From contig OZ024747.1 of the NCBI GenBank assembly GCA_964016885.1, positions 69,502,001 to 69,566,000 on the forward strand: 64,000 bases of DNA, given 5' to 3'. The notes under the pieces were generated by a model. The model did not search any database. It saw only the letters and a program-made list of their open reading frames with translations, and was not told the origin of the DNA. Origin of the DNA: Eledone cirrhosa. Lineage: Eukaryota. The translations under genes were made by a program, and so were the position numbers. This document shows positions 16,603 through 27,430 of this stretch, piece by piece. The number at the start of each line of letters is the position of its first letter. Positions within the stretch are counted from its first letter, which is position 1.

Positions 16603-17711
16603 TAGTAATAATAAAATTGAAGACTAAAATCCAAAGAGGGCTCGATAAGGAAAATATATATCAAATATATAAGAACCGTAGATTACAGCCCCACGTTATA
16701 CCCTAACGGATAGTACGATCTATACGTGGATATTTTACGTCTTGATGTGGGAGCTAAGTATATGTTTTGTTTATTCCTTTACTTATTTGCATAGGTTAAG
16801 TATATATTATCCGTATGTTTTGTGAAGGTATGTATACCTTCTCGTACATATATTTGACTGTTATAGCGTATAATTTTTACATATTCTGGTATTTAGGGTT
16901 TGGCTATGTGTATACGGGAGTTTTGCGTCCGCGTGAGTGTGCAGATTCGTACGTATGGTGGGTGTGTGTATATGTGTACTTCTTGTTTTAGTTGACTTAC
17001 GTCTCCGAACGTTCGTGTATTTATATGTAGGAACGCGTGTGCGCTTGTTATATACGTATTTATTTACTTATATACGTCTATATAATTATTTATTTATTTG
17101 TACACAAGCATACACACACACACACATATTTATATGTGCGTGGTTTTGTATACCCATGGTAAGGTTTTGCGTATGCTTGTGTATGTACGTATCTGTTTGC
17201 GTGTATGTATTTATTTGTTTCTATTACTTCTGTATTGTATTTATTTACTTTGTTCTTAACTCTGTAGCGGAGATTCATTTGGTCTCCTAGTTAGAATTTT
17301 AGTCTACGACTTCTGCTATACCATTTACGTGGTTTTGTCTTTGCGTGCTATTGTTCTCCACGCTCCAAATATGACTTATTATCTTCGTTTTTTCGTTCAT
17401 TGCCAGAGAACGTCTCTATGCACCACCTAAGAGAACATTAGTCTACGACCTCTTTTATACCATAAATGTGGTTCTGTCTTTGCGCGTAATTGTTTTTCAC
17501 CGCTCCTATTAATGACGTATTATTCGTTTTTTCCCGTTCTTCGCCAGCGAACGTTACCACGAACCAAAGTATCGTCTTCCTGTCTTCCTCCGGTTGCAAC
17601 GTTTTTTGAAATATCCAGTTCTGCGTTTACAGATTGACTTTGTTAGTTTCAGAAGATCCCGTTAAGGGTGAAAGCAGCGATTCTTTGCTTAAACTTTAAT
17701 CTGTTATTTTA

Positions 17712-17718
<7 letters not shown>
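16603..17718 (+). mobile_element. 5'-truncated copy of PLE 2 (last codons plus 3' region) with an inverted tail at 16603-16682
   Basis: 16683-17718 matches about 51581-52575; 16603-16682 is the reverse complement of 52581-52662. Confidence 0.92.
17645..17695 (+). ncRNA. Hammerhead-like motif, family C (CAGAAGA core)
   Basis: AGTTT-CAGAAGA-tCCC gttaa GGGt-GAAA-GCA gcgattctt TGC-TT-AAACT. Confidence 0.7.
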
Positions 17719-17741
<23 letters not shown>

Positions 17742-17746
<5 letters not shown>

Positions 17747-17915
17747 AAAAGAGTCAGGACCCCGACGGCTGAGTTCCGGCCGTTTCGCCAGCTAGATCTG
17801 AACCATAGCTCAGCCGTCGGTGTCTTGACTCTTTTCCTATTACCCACTCTACTACCCTAAGTATCGAGTACTCTAGTGCGGTATGGTCCATCTGGTTCCT
17901 TACCACACTTCCTTC

Positions 17916-17920
<5 letters not shown>
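17742..17920. mobile_element. Family D HHR micro-insertion with ~32-bp inverted arms
   Basis: 17742-17773 and 17809-17840 are inverted repeats. The minus arm carries GAAA-CGGC..GCCG-TC. Confidence 0.75.
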
Positions 17921-17970
<50 letters not shown>

Positions 17971-17973
<3 letters not shown>

Positions 17974-18158
17974 TGTTTCTACTTTTGGCACAAGGCCAGC
18001 AATCACCCAGTGCATTACTGGTACTTTATTTTATCGACTCCGTAAGGATGAAGGGTAAAATTAACCACGGCGGGATTTGAACTTAGAATGGCAAGGGCCG
18101 TAACTCTATGCGTCAAAGCATGGCGTCCGACCCTCTACCGATACTGCCAATCCACCGC
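17971..18158 (-). mobile_element. tRNA-derived SINE (family S1)
   Basis: A box TGGCAGTATCGG, B box GTTCAAATCC, central CCTTCATCCTTACGGRGTCGATAAAATAAAGTACCAG core, (TTA)n tail. Confidence 0.88.
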
Positions 18159-18176
18159 TTATATATAATAATAATA

Positions 18177-18356
18177 ATTCTTTCTACTTTTGGCACAAGG
18201 CCAGCAATTATCCAGTGTATTACTGGTACTTTATTTTATCGACCCCGTAAGGATGAACGGCAAAGTTAACTTCGACGGGATTTGAACTCAGACCATAAAG
18301 GGCCGTAACTCTTTGCTGCAAAGCATGGCGTCCGACCCTCTATCGATACTGCCAAT
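18177..18356 (-). mobile_element. SINE S1, tandem second copy
   Basis: Same motifs as 17971-18158. Confidence 0.88.
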
Positions 18357-18402
18357 TCAATAATAAATGTGAAGACTAAAATCCAAAGAGGGCTCGATAA
18401 GG

Positions 18403-18441
<39 letters not shown>

Positions 18442-18690
18442 AAAGTAGCCTGGCTGGAGATCGGTCCAAGGAGACAATGCTTCCATTGATCTTTTCGTTG
18501 CTGATACTATTAGATGGTCACTTACTTCTCTTGGCATAATAGAACGTACCAAGTATAGAATGGTTCAGGATTCGTACCCACGACCTTACGATCATTGGTT
18601 CAATACCTTAACTACTAGGATACATCAAGTTTCATATTCAGGGGAATAAGCAAATATATACATACATTCATTCATACATACACAGACACA

Positions 18691-18758
<68 letters not shown>

Positions 18759-18829
18759 TGCATACCAGTAATGTACTGGGTAATTGCTAGCCTTGTGCCA
18801 AAAGTAGAAACAATTATATATATATATAT

Positions 18830-18985
18830 GTTTATTCCGGGTTCAATCGAGGCTAACCACAGTAAGTAAAGTACTCAATACATAGCAGAGTATAAATATA
18901 AATCATCAGAGAAGCCCAGGGCTTTCCTGATAGATTTCCTCCGAATGAAACAGTTCTAGTCCTGTAGAAGCCATTTCTATATTAA

Positions 18986-18987
<2 letters not shown>
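18830..18987 (+). mobile_element. Family A HHR micro-insertion
   Basis: Inverted tail, then GGCTTTC-CTGATAGA-tttc ctcc gaat-GAAA-CAG..CTG-TA-GAAGCC. Confidence 0.7.
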
Positions 18988-19039
<52 letters not shown>

Positions 19040-19084
19040 ACACACACATTTGATTTGTGGTTCTTTAATGGAGAGGATTGGTGA

Positions 19085-19200
19085 AGGCGCATGGCTGTGT
19101 GGTTAGAGAATTGGATTCGTAATAGTGAGGTCGTGATTTCGATTCCAGGACCTGGCCATACGTTATGTCCTTGAGCAAGACACTATTTCACGTTGCTCCT
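19085..19200 (+). mobile_element. tRNA-derived SINE head (family S2)
   Basis: TGGCTGTGTGG A box, TTCGATTCC B box, then CCTTGAGCAAGACACT..TTTCACGTTGCTCC. Confidence 0.75.
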
Positions 19201-19699
19201 CCTGTCTGGATTTGCGACCGATAGATAGTAATAGCAATTGCAAAGATCAATGGAAACATTGTTTCCTCGATCCGATTTGACGAACTCCACCCCACTCGTT
19301 AAACGGATGGGGTGTGGGATGTTGTCGATCGACTGTCAATATATATTGTATATAAGAAAGATTTTTATGAAATTTCATAAAAATATATTTGCGTACAATA
19401 AAAGAGATAATAAAATATGCAGACAGCATTCAACCTCCTGATGATGAGATTGTGAAAGTCTAGAAATGTTTAGGAACTTTGTTGTTCCAAATGAACTGAA
19501 AAGTATTCAAAGAGAAAATATAATAAAAAATGTTAAACTCTTGTATAGCCGCGTCTTGAATAGCACAATGCGTCTCAAGGGCTTCTATATCGTTTTCTTC
19601 CGTAGACTCGAAATTATTATAAAATGCACTTTCCTAAGATATACACACATATATACACATACATACATTCATTCATTCATACACGGGTACACACAGGTT

Positions 19700-19792
<93 letters not shown>

Positions 19793-20013
19793 GCACACAC
19801 ATTTGTTTTGCGGTTCACTAATGGAGAGAACTGTTCATTCCGTTTAGTTAATCATGATGTTTAGTAGGAAAAGTACTCTACGTTATGCAAGTCATCTTTT
19901 GTTGATGTTGAATTACATGGTTGATGCAAGAACGGAGTTAATATTTATTTGATTAAAACAACAGGCGGCCGGACTTTAATAGAATATTCCCAGTCCGGCC
20001 TCCTGTTGGATTT

Positions 20014-20094
<81 letters not shown>

Positions 20095-20111
20095 ACACAC
20101 ACATACACATA

Positions 20112-20148
<37 letters not shown>

Positions 20149-20151
20149 TCC

Positions 20152-20330
20152 AGTTTAATATAGAAATGGCTTCTACAGGACTAGAACTGCTTCGATCAAA
20201 AGAGACTAACATTGAATGAAACAGTTCTGGTCCTGTAGAAGCCATTTCTATATCAAACTTGATGTTTACACTCCACTAATGTATTGAGTAATTTACTTAC
20301 TGTGGATACTCCCGATTGAACCCGGGACTC
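20152..20330. mobile_element. Family A palindromic micro-insertion
   Basis: AGTTTAATATAGAAATGGCTTCTACAGGACTAGAACTG pairs with CAGTTCTGGTCCTGTAGAAGCCATTTCTATATCAAACT; the tail matches the reverse complement of 16405-16470 and 18830-18900. Confidence 0.75.
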
Positions 20331-20625
20331 ATACATATATATGTGTGTGTGTATGTGTATGTCTGTGTGTGTGTGCGTGAGTGTGTGTGAGTGAGTGTGT
20401 GTGAGTAAGTGTGTGTGAGTGAGTGTATGTGAGTGTATATGTCGACTAACCTAAGCAGAGTTTCATGTCGGGTCGGTAACTTACTATGTAAATAAATACA
20501 ATAACAGACTGAAATAAGTATATCGGATCGACTAAAAAAAGGCAACATAAAACACCGGCTCGAGGTATTGCTGCAGCACATCTGCGGTCCTGTAACTGAA
20601 ACCAACTAAATAATACTGTGTGTGA

Positions 20626-20714
<89 letters not shown>

Positions 20715-21806
20715 TGTGTATAAGTGTATATGTGGGTGCGTATGTACTTTTTTTGTTGTCTTTATACTTCTATCTCCCCATATATCTCATATTCTGTCTG
20801 TCTCTCTCTCACTCTCTCTCACTCTCTCTCACTCTCTCTCACACACTCTCTCTCACTCTCTCTCACTCTCTCTCACACACTCTCTCTCACTCTCTCTCAC
20901 TCTCTCTCACACACTCTCTCTCACTCTCTCTCATTCTCTCTCATACTCACAGGTACACACAGATACAGCAGACACAGAAACATATTTTCTTTCTTTCGTT
21001 GAGAATTTTCATATTATTTCTTCCGTTAACTTCTAACATGTCTCCTCCCACTCGTCTGCATGAAATACAACCGCCATGTTTACTACCGCATTACTGGTGA
21101 CTGACAGTCTACAATAGAACCTCCTCCATTTTTCTTACAATGCTAGCTAATCCCAACCCTCAAAACTATATTTTCAGACAATAGATGGAGTTTTAGGATT
21201 AGTTGTATTGTTTTATTAATACAAACTGAATACACATAAGCAGCGGCTACAACTAAAGAGGCGGTCGCTCAGTAGTCACTCAATATGCTAGATATAGCAG
21301 CCAAATCTCCCACAAACTAAACTTTTATCGACTTAAGAAGGAAGGACATAGAGCGTATGTAGCTCTAGACATACTGTACCAAAGACTAAGAAAGGGATGA
21401 TGGTTATGGGTGGTAAATCAAAATATATCTGGTGTTAAACACCAACAATTACAACAGAATTGTGCCCGCAGATAGTTTCTTAAACTGAACATTACACCAC
21501 CACACGTTTTTAATTGAATTTGAATGGTTGTTAACAATACACATCCACAGATACACATAGAGACAAACAATCAAAAGCAAAAAACATGCAAAGACACACA
21601 CGGCAATATATATATATGTGTTAGGTGTGTAACAACAGTGACAGGCGGCGCGCCGCTCGAAGCACTCAACGCTGTCCGTTCGAAGCACTCAATACGAGGT
21701 CCATTTCGTTTGGGTTGTATTCCAGTGTTGCGGCTGTAGCGTGCAGGTTATAAATAGATTTAAAAGAGTCGAGGTCAGTGTTGCAGTATATGTACAAACT
21801 TTATTT

Positions 21807-21895
21807 GCATATTACAATTATTTCGATATCGATCAGCTCAGGGAACAATCAAGTTGTCGGGATCAGACTCTTTTTCGACATCTCGTTAGATATGC
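21807..21895 (-). ncRNA. Degenerate hammerhead motif, family F
   Basis: Minus strand: GCATAT-CTAACGA-GATGTCGA...TCGATATC-GAAA-TAATTG-TA-ATATGC. Stems I and II pair and the core has G>A. A related 3' half lies at 55030-55075 (+). Confidence 0.65.
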
Positions 21896-21899
21896 GAGC

Positions 21900-22335
21900 T
21901 TATATGTGCAGACAGTGTATGTGTGCGTATGTGTGTGAGTGTATGTATGTGAGTGTGTGTGTGCGAGAGAGAGTGTGTGAGAGAGTGTGTGAGAGGGTGT
22001 GTGAGAGAGTGTGTGAGAGTGTGTGTGTGAGAGTGAGAGTGTAAGAGTCTGTGTGTGAGTGTGAGAGCCTATGTGTGAGAGTGTGTGTGTGTGTGTGAGT
22101 GTGTGTGAGAGTGAGAGTGTGAGTGTGAGAGTCTGTGTGCGAGAGTCTGTGTGAGAGTGTGTACGAGAGTGAGTGAGAGTGAGAGTGAGTGTGAGAGTGT
22201 GTGTGAGAATGAGTGTATGTGAGAGTGAGTGTGTGTGTGTGTGAGTGAGAGTGAGTGAATGTGAGTGAGTGTGAGTATGTGTACATAGTAGTGGTTTACA
22301 TGTATGTTTGTGTTTACTGTGTGTGTACATGTGTG
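21900..22335. repeat. Degenerate (GT)/(GAGT)/(GTGAGA) microsatellite
   Basis: Read directly. Confidence 0.9.
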
Positions 22336-22393
22336 TCTTCCTCATATACTTCATATATCCTTTTCAGACCAAACGTCTTCAATATTCCTTTCC

Positions 22394-22822
22394 ATCGTCA
22401 TCATCTCGCTCTACCTATCGTCATCATCTCGCTCTACCTATCGTCATCATCTCGCTCTACCTATCGTCATCATCTCGCTCTACCTATCGTCATCATCTCG
22501 CTCTACCTATCGTCATCATCTCGCTCTACCTATCGTCATCATCTCGCTCTACCTATCGTCATCATCTCGCTCTACCTATCGTCATCATCTCGCTCTACCT
22601 ATCGTCATCATCTCGCTCTACCTATCGTCATCATCTCGCTCTACCTATCGTCATCATCTCGCTCTACCTATCGTCATCATCTCGCTCTACCTATCTTCAT
22701 CATCTCGCTCTACCTATCGTCATCATCTCGCTCTACCTATCGTCATCATCTCGCTCTACCTATCGTCATCATCTCGCTCTACCTATCGTCATCATCTCGC
22801 TCTACCTATCGTCATCATCTCG
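22394..22822. repeat. 23-bp minisatellite ATCGTCATCATCTCGCTCTACCT, 18 full units plus 15 nt
   Basis: Exact 23-bp period; one G>T variant near 22696. Confidence 0.97.
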
Positions 22823-22874
22823 TCCGACCCTCTACCGATACTGCCAATATGTTTCTTTATTCTGTTGTCTTATA

Positions 22875-23055
22875 ATTGTTTCTACTTTAGGCACAAGGCC
22901 AGCAATTACCCAGTGCATTACTGGTACTTTATTTTATCTACCCCGTAAGGATGAAAGGCAAAGTTAACCTCGGCGGGATTTGAACTCAGAATAGAAAAGG
23001 GCCGTAACTCTTTGCTGCAAAGCATGACGTCCGTCCCTCTACCGATCTGCCAATC
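22875..23055 (-). mobile_element. SINE S1 (an inverted 3' half follows at 23063-23123)
   Basis: Same motifs as 17971-18158. Confidence 0.88.
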
Positions 23056-23423
23056 TAAGTTCAATAAAGTACCAGTAATGCACTGGGTAATTGCTGGTCT
23101 TATGCCTAAAGTAGAAACAATTATAATTAGTTTATTCTGTTGTCAGTCCAGAAAAGTTTCTTTCATTCCCCTACGTCCTATTATGTTTCTCTGATGTTTT
23201 TATTTTAATTTTGTCTATTATGCTGTTCTCTATCGTTTTTCATGCATCTTTTCCAAGAGGATGGGGAATCTCCTCGCATACTTTCTGACATCCTGGGATG
23301 GACTGTTGATACCGCCAGTTTAAAAACACACTGTTAATTCCAGTTTGACGGCTGATGAACGAAGATCTTGTTTGATCCCTGTTATATTTGTTCTCGTCTC
23401 CGCTCTCTCCTTAATATATATAT

Positions 23424-23483
23424 GAAAAGAGTCAGGTCTTCGACAGCTGAGCTCCGGCCGTTACTGCAGCTAGATCTGAACTA
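23424..23483 (-). mobile_element. Family D HHR-terminus fragment
   Basis: Matches 17746-17803. Confidence 0.65.
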
Positions 23484-23774
23484 TGTATTAGAATGGCGGG
23501 AATCTAGCTGAACTTGTCAAGGGGTATAGTCCATATATAGGCATGCAGTTGAAGCAAAAAAAAGCAAAAGAAATCTAAGCAAAAAAACCTAAAAGTTTGT
23601 TAATTTTATTGTCTGTCACGGGGAGTGGTCAGTGATCTGGGATGTCGTGTACATAGTGAAATACCTTCATAGCGGCGTGGGGCTAAACAGGACGAAATAC
23701 AAGGGGGGAAGAAGGCAGACTGGCCTGAGGAGGCCAAGCCAGTCAGGCGTGCACGCACGGCATATATATATATA

Positions 23775-23928
23775 GGGAACCTAGGGGTAGACACAAATAA
23801 GATGTTTAGATAAGGTCCATGAGCTTAGTGGGACTCGCTTTGGTATCCAGCCTGAGCAATTGGAGACGGTTGCTTCTGACAGGAACCATTGGATGGAGTA
23901 CTACGACCCTCAGAAAAAGAAAAAGAAG
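23775..23928 (+). mobile_element. RTE 3' fragment, same family as 13741-14057
   Basis: Shares AGGGGTAGAC..GTCCATG..ATCCAGC..GTTGCTTCTGACAGGA. Confidence 0.7.
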
Positions 23929-24185
23929 ATATATATATATATAATTTTCTCTTATGCGTTGATGGGCTGCCTCATTAAACATGCAAGTCGCCAATCTCCA
24001 CTGATCTCTGTCTTCTACCATGCATGCAGAAAAGGGTGAAGATTTTGAGATCTGTTCAGTCTTTGATGTTGTTGGACAAGGATTTTTTGACTGCTTCGTT
24101 TTCGCCTTCATTTAACAGTGCTTTGAAATTAGAATGCATCTATATACTCTTTTTTTTTGTTTTGCTGGTTCAGATTCGTTTGGGG

Positions 24186-24187
<2 letters not shown>

Positions 24188-24216
<29 letters not shown>

Positions 24217-24306
24217 TGTATGTATGTATGTATGTATGTATGTATGTATGTGTGTATGTATGTATGTATGTATGTATGTATGTATGTATGTATGTATGTA
24301 TGTATG
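24188..24306. repeat. (TATG)n microsatellite
   Basis: Read directly. Confidence 0.97.
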
Positions 24307-24590
24307 TTACTGGTAACATGTATCCCAGTACAACCTGTCTCATTGTCGGGTCGTTGGCGACTAAACTGGCAACCCCACCAAGGTTTCTTGGTGAGGAGGG
24401 TGACTTTGGACATCCTGCAGGACTAAAAACAAAACCTGTCAAAGGGCAAAGGAGCTCTTAAGAGTCAATGGCCATCCAAAATCACCGGGAGAGATAACCC
24501 CTTAGCCTTTGTCAAGGCAGAATTCTAGGAGAAAGAAAACTCTGATATAACACCTGCAACCTTGATGGTATCCAATGATGTTGACTTGTT
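24307..24590 (+). mobile_element. Interspersed repeat resembling an RTE 5' UTR; inverted relative at about 25175-25392
   Basis: Both copies share CCCAGTACAACCTGT..GTCGGGTCGT..GGCAACCC..TTTGGACA..CTAGGAGAA..CTGATATAA..ATCCAATGATGT. Confidence 0.55.
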
Positions 24591-24777
24591 CTTCTTTTTG
24601 GTAAATATCATCTTGGTTAAGAGAGTGGGACAGGCTTTGTGCAGTGCCTTTGCTCACTATAAAAGCTTCACGGCACAGGCATTGCTTTATATCTGGAGAT
24701 CCCTCTGCACTTGTCGTCACATGGTACCATGGGCTCAGCACTATGTGTCAATAATTGTCACAAGTGTGACACTTCTT

Positions 24778-24900
24778 TTTATCGGTCTCGAAAGGATGAA
24801 AGGCAAAGTTATCCACGGCGGGATTTGAACTCAGAGAGGCGGAACGAATACCACAAAATATTCTACCCGACAGTCTAACGACTCTGCCAATTCACTGCCT
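24778..24900 (-). mobile_element. SINE S1-related, 5' part
   Basis: AAGGATGAAAGGCAAAGTT..GGATTTGAACTCAGA..CTCTGCCAATTCACTGCC. Confidence 0.8.
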
Positions 24901-26799
24901 TCCCTCCCCCTCCCCTCTCTCTCTCTCTGCATACATACATGATAGCTGCAACTTGGTTTCGAGTAATGTCATCGCTTGATACTTAAGCATGAGCATCACG
25001 AACGGGGCTTTTTAGTCCTGCTAGGGAACTGCCTATGGCCAGTAATGACATGCATCGCAAAAAATGACACATATGAAGCGGTTACTGGGCTTGAAGCTTT
25101 TTTTAAATGAAAAAAGGCTTTGCACGGGGCCAATTCCACTCTCTGAACATCGAACGCATTTACCCCAAAAGTAGAACTGTTCTACATCATTGGATGCAAA
25201 CGAAGCCGCAAGTTTTATATCAGAATAACCTTCTCCTAGAGAGATGTCTTAATGAAAACTAGGAGTTTTCATCCTACTGGGTGTCCAAAATCCCCCTCGT
25301 TTCTAAGAAAGCTTGGTTGGGTTGCCGGTTTAATCACCGACGACCCGACCATCCATATACAGGTTGTACTGGGTTACACGTTACCTGTAGCGCTGAAGAG
25401 CGACTTGGCAAAGAGAAATACAGGAAGAATCGGCCCCAGTATTAGACTAATATATATATGGATAGCCAGAAGAATCAATCGTCGAATCATTGAAGCCCCT
25501 GTCACCTTTCCGTTTTCTTTTCTGCTTTCAGAAAGTATTTATATGCATAAGGATTTGTAGAATAGTCCGTTTATTGTAAAGACCATACGTCTAATTTTTA
25601 GTTTTGTTCAGGGCTTGTGTTCTGCTTAGGTGATTATATGTTGTAAAATATTAATCAGGTCTAGTCACAAATCCAAGCCGGTGTCTATAGAGATTGAGGT
25701 CTCTCTCATACATCTAGGCAAAGGATAAAGCCAACGGTGCTAAAGAGTTTCAAGTTTTTCTATTAAAGGTTCCAAGAATATCAAAACCTCACAAAGACGT
25801 GCTCATAGCACTAGGGATAGCATGTTCTATATTCAAATGATCCGAGTAGAGATGCTGAAAGTATAACTAGTGCACTTTCGGCCCTAATTGGAGAATTTCC
25901 TCCCTCAGCATCAACCCAGACACAACAAAAATATGTTCACAAGCTAGCTGTCCCATTAGCAATGTGGATACCGAGTAACATGCATCACATGTATCATACC
26001 ATAATTTGGAAGCCATGTTCTCAAGCTGCATATCTGTATTTAATGTATTATTCCTTGTCAGTGATGGGTCCGTTACAAAACATCTATAGGAATGTCATAC
26101 CAAATATATTAAAGTTAACATCGCAGTCAGTCAACGAAACATCGGAAGTTTGAGAATTAAAGAGGCAATCTACAACAGCAGACGATAGCCATACATTTAG
26201 AGTAAACAGTCGTGCATAAAGCAGCCACCAATCCTCCATTCTCAATTATATGTGTAAAGGAATCCGGCGCGCTACAAGAGATTTTAATTCCGAAATATCA
26301 ATATTGTAAATGGTAAAAGCGTAAACTGTTTTATATCTGATTAAAGCCCGAGGGTGATAATTTAGCTCCAGGTCAGCCCTAACTGAATAGATGTGATCAA
26401 AGGTAAACCGTTTTTTTTCTATAAGCAAGAAACGCAGAATCATGTTATCTAAAGTATACTTTCCAAAGACGATATGGGTGTGATTTGAGGGAGAATTAGA
26501 TGATATTTTTACAGGTCGAATGACCATCTAGAAGTTCCTGAGTTTCATTGCATTGAATAATATCCTGTATAGTAAAGGTTGTTGATAAATGAATGAAATA
26601 TCCTGTATAGTAAAGGGTGGAGAATGGAATATCTAAATGGTTGAAAGAGCAGATAGATGAAGAGAAGGAATGTGTTTTAGGAGAAGCAGTGATGGCAGGA
26701 ACGGGTGGAGAACGAGTCGCAGAGAAAAAAGGGAGACTGAGAAAGGTGGGGAGTGTGTGTTGTAATATGACAATGCGTTAGTAATGTAGTACTGGCTGA

Positions 26800-27430
26800 A
26801 ATAATGGTGACTTACATTGGTGGTTTCTTTTGATGGCGGTAGAGTAGTAGCGGTAGTAACCGTGGCGACGGCGTAAACAGCGGGTGGTAATGACGGCTGC
26901 TGTCTCTGCATATATTGGAGGGTATAAAGTGGTATTGGTAGTGATACTAATGGTAGTTGAAAAGGTGGTGGTGCAGGTGGTAGTAGAAGTGGTGTTGCAT
27001 GGGAGCAGTAATATTAGAGGAAGTAGTGGGTATACTGGGTAATATCGTAGTACTAATAGTGGTGGTGGCGATGATATTGTGATGGTATATATTGTGGTGT
27101 TGGTGTGAATGATGGTACGGATGTGGTGATGGTTTAGGAGGGGATGGGTTGGAATTGGTGATAATGATGGTGGAGTTGGTGATAGAGATGCAGTGATTGT
27201 TTGGATGATAGTGGTGGGAGTGGAGATTGAATTGAAAACATGGTGATGGTGTAGGCGACAATGATCATAATTGTGTAGGCGGTGGTGATTGTGGTTGTGT
27301 ATTAATGGTAAGGGTGGTGTTGCGGTAATGAAGATGAATTGGTGGAGATAGGGGTGTTGATGATTGTAATGGTGAAAATAGGTATGGGGGGGGGGTGCTG
27401 ATAGTTGTTGTGGTGGTGGTGGTGGTTGAC
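26800..27430. repeat. Degenerate (GGT/GAT/AGT)n low-complexity tract, probably part of an unclassified repeat
   Basis: Strong G/T strand bias and trinucleotide periodicity. Confidence 0.7.

Noticed and set aside
17971-19200. tRNA genes suggested by A/B boxes
   Set aside because: No cloverleaf, and they continue into SINE bodies, so these are SINE heads.
22255-22967. Repetitive ORFs and CRISPR-like appearance
   Set aside because: Contiguous 23-bp tandem repeat with no spacers, open in three frames by chance, no cas genes.
23348-23402. GACGG-CTGATGA half motif
   Set aside because: No GAAA or stem III follows; possibly a truncated terminus but unsupported.
25560-26560. Possible decayed coding remnant including ORF 26246-26527
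   Set aside because: No recognisable domain.
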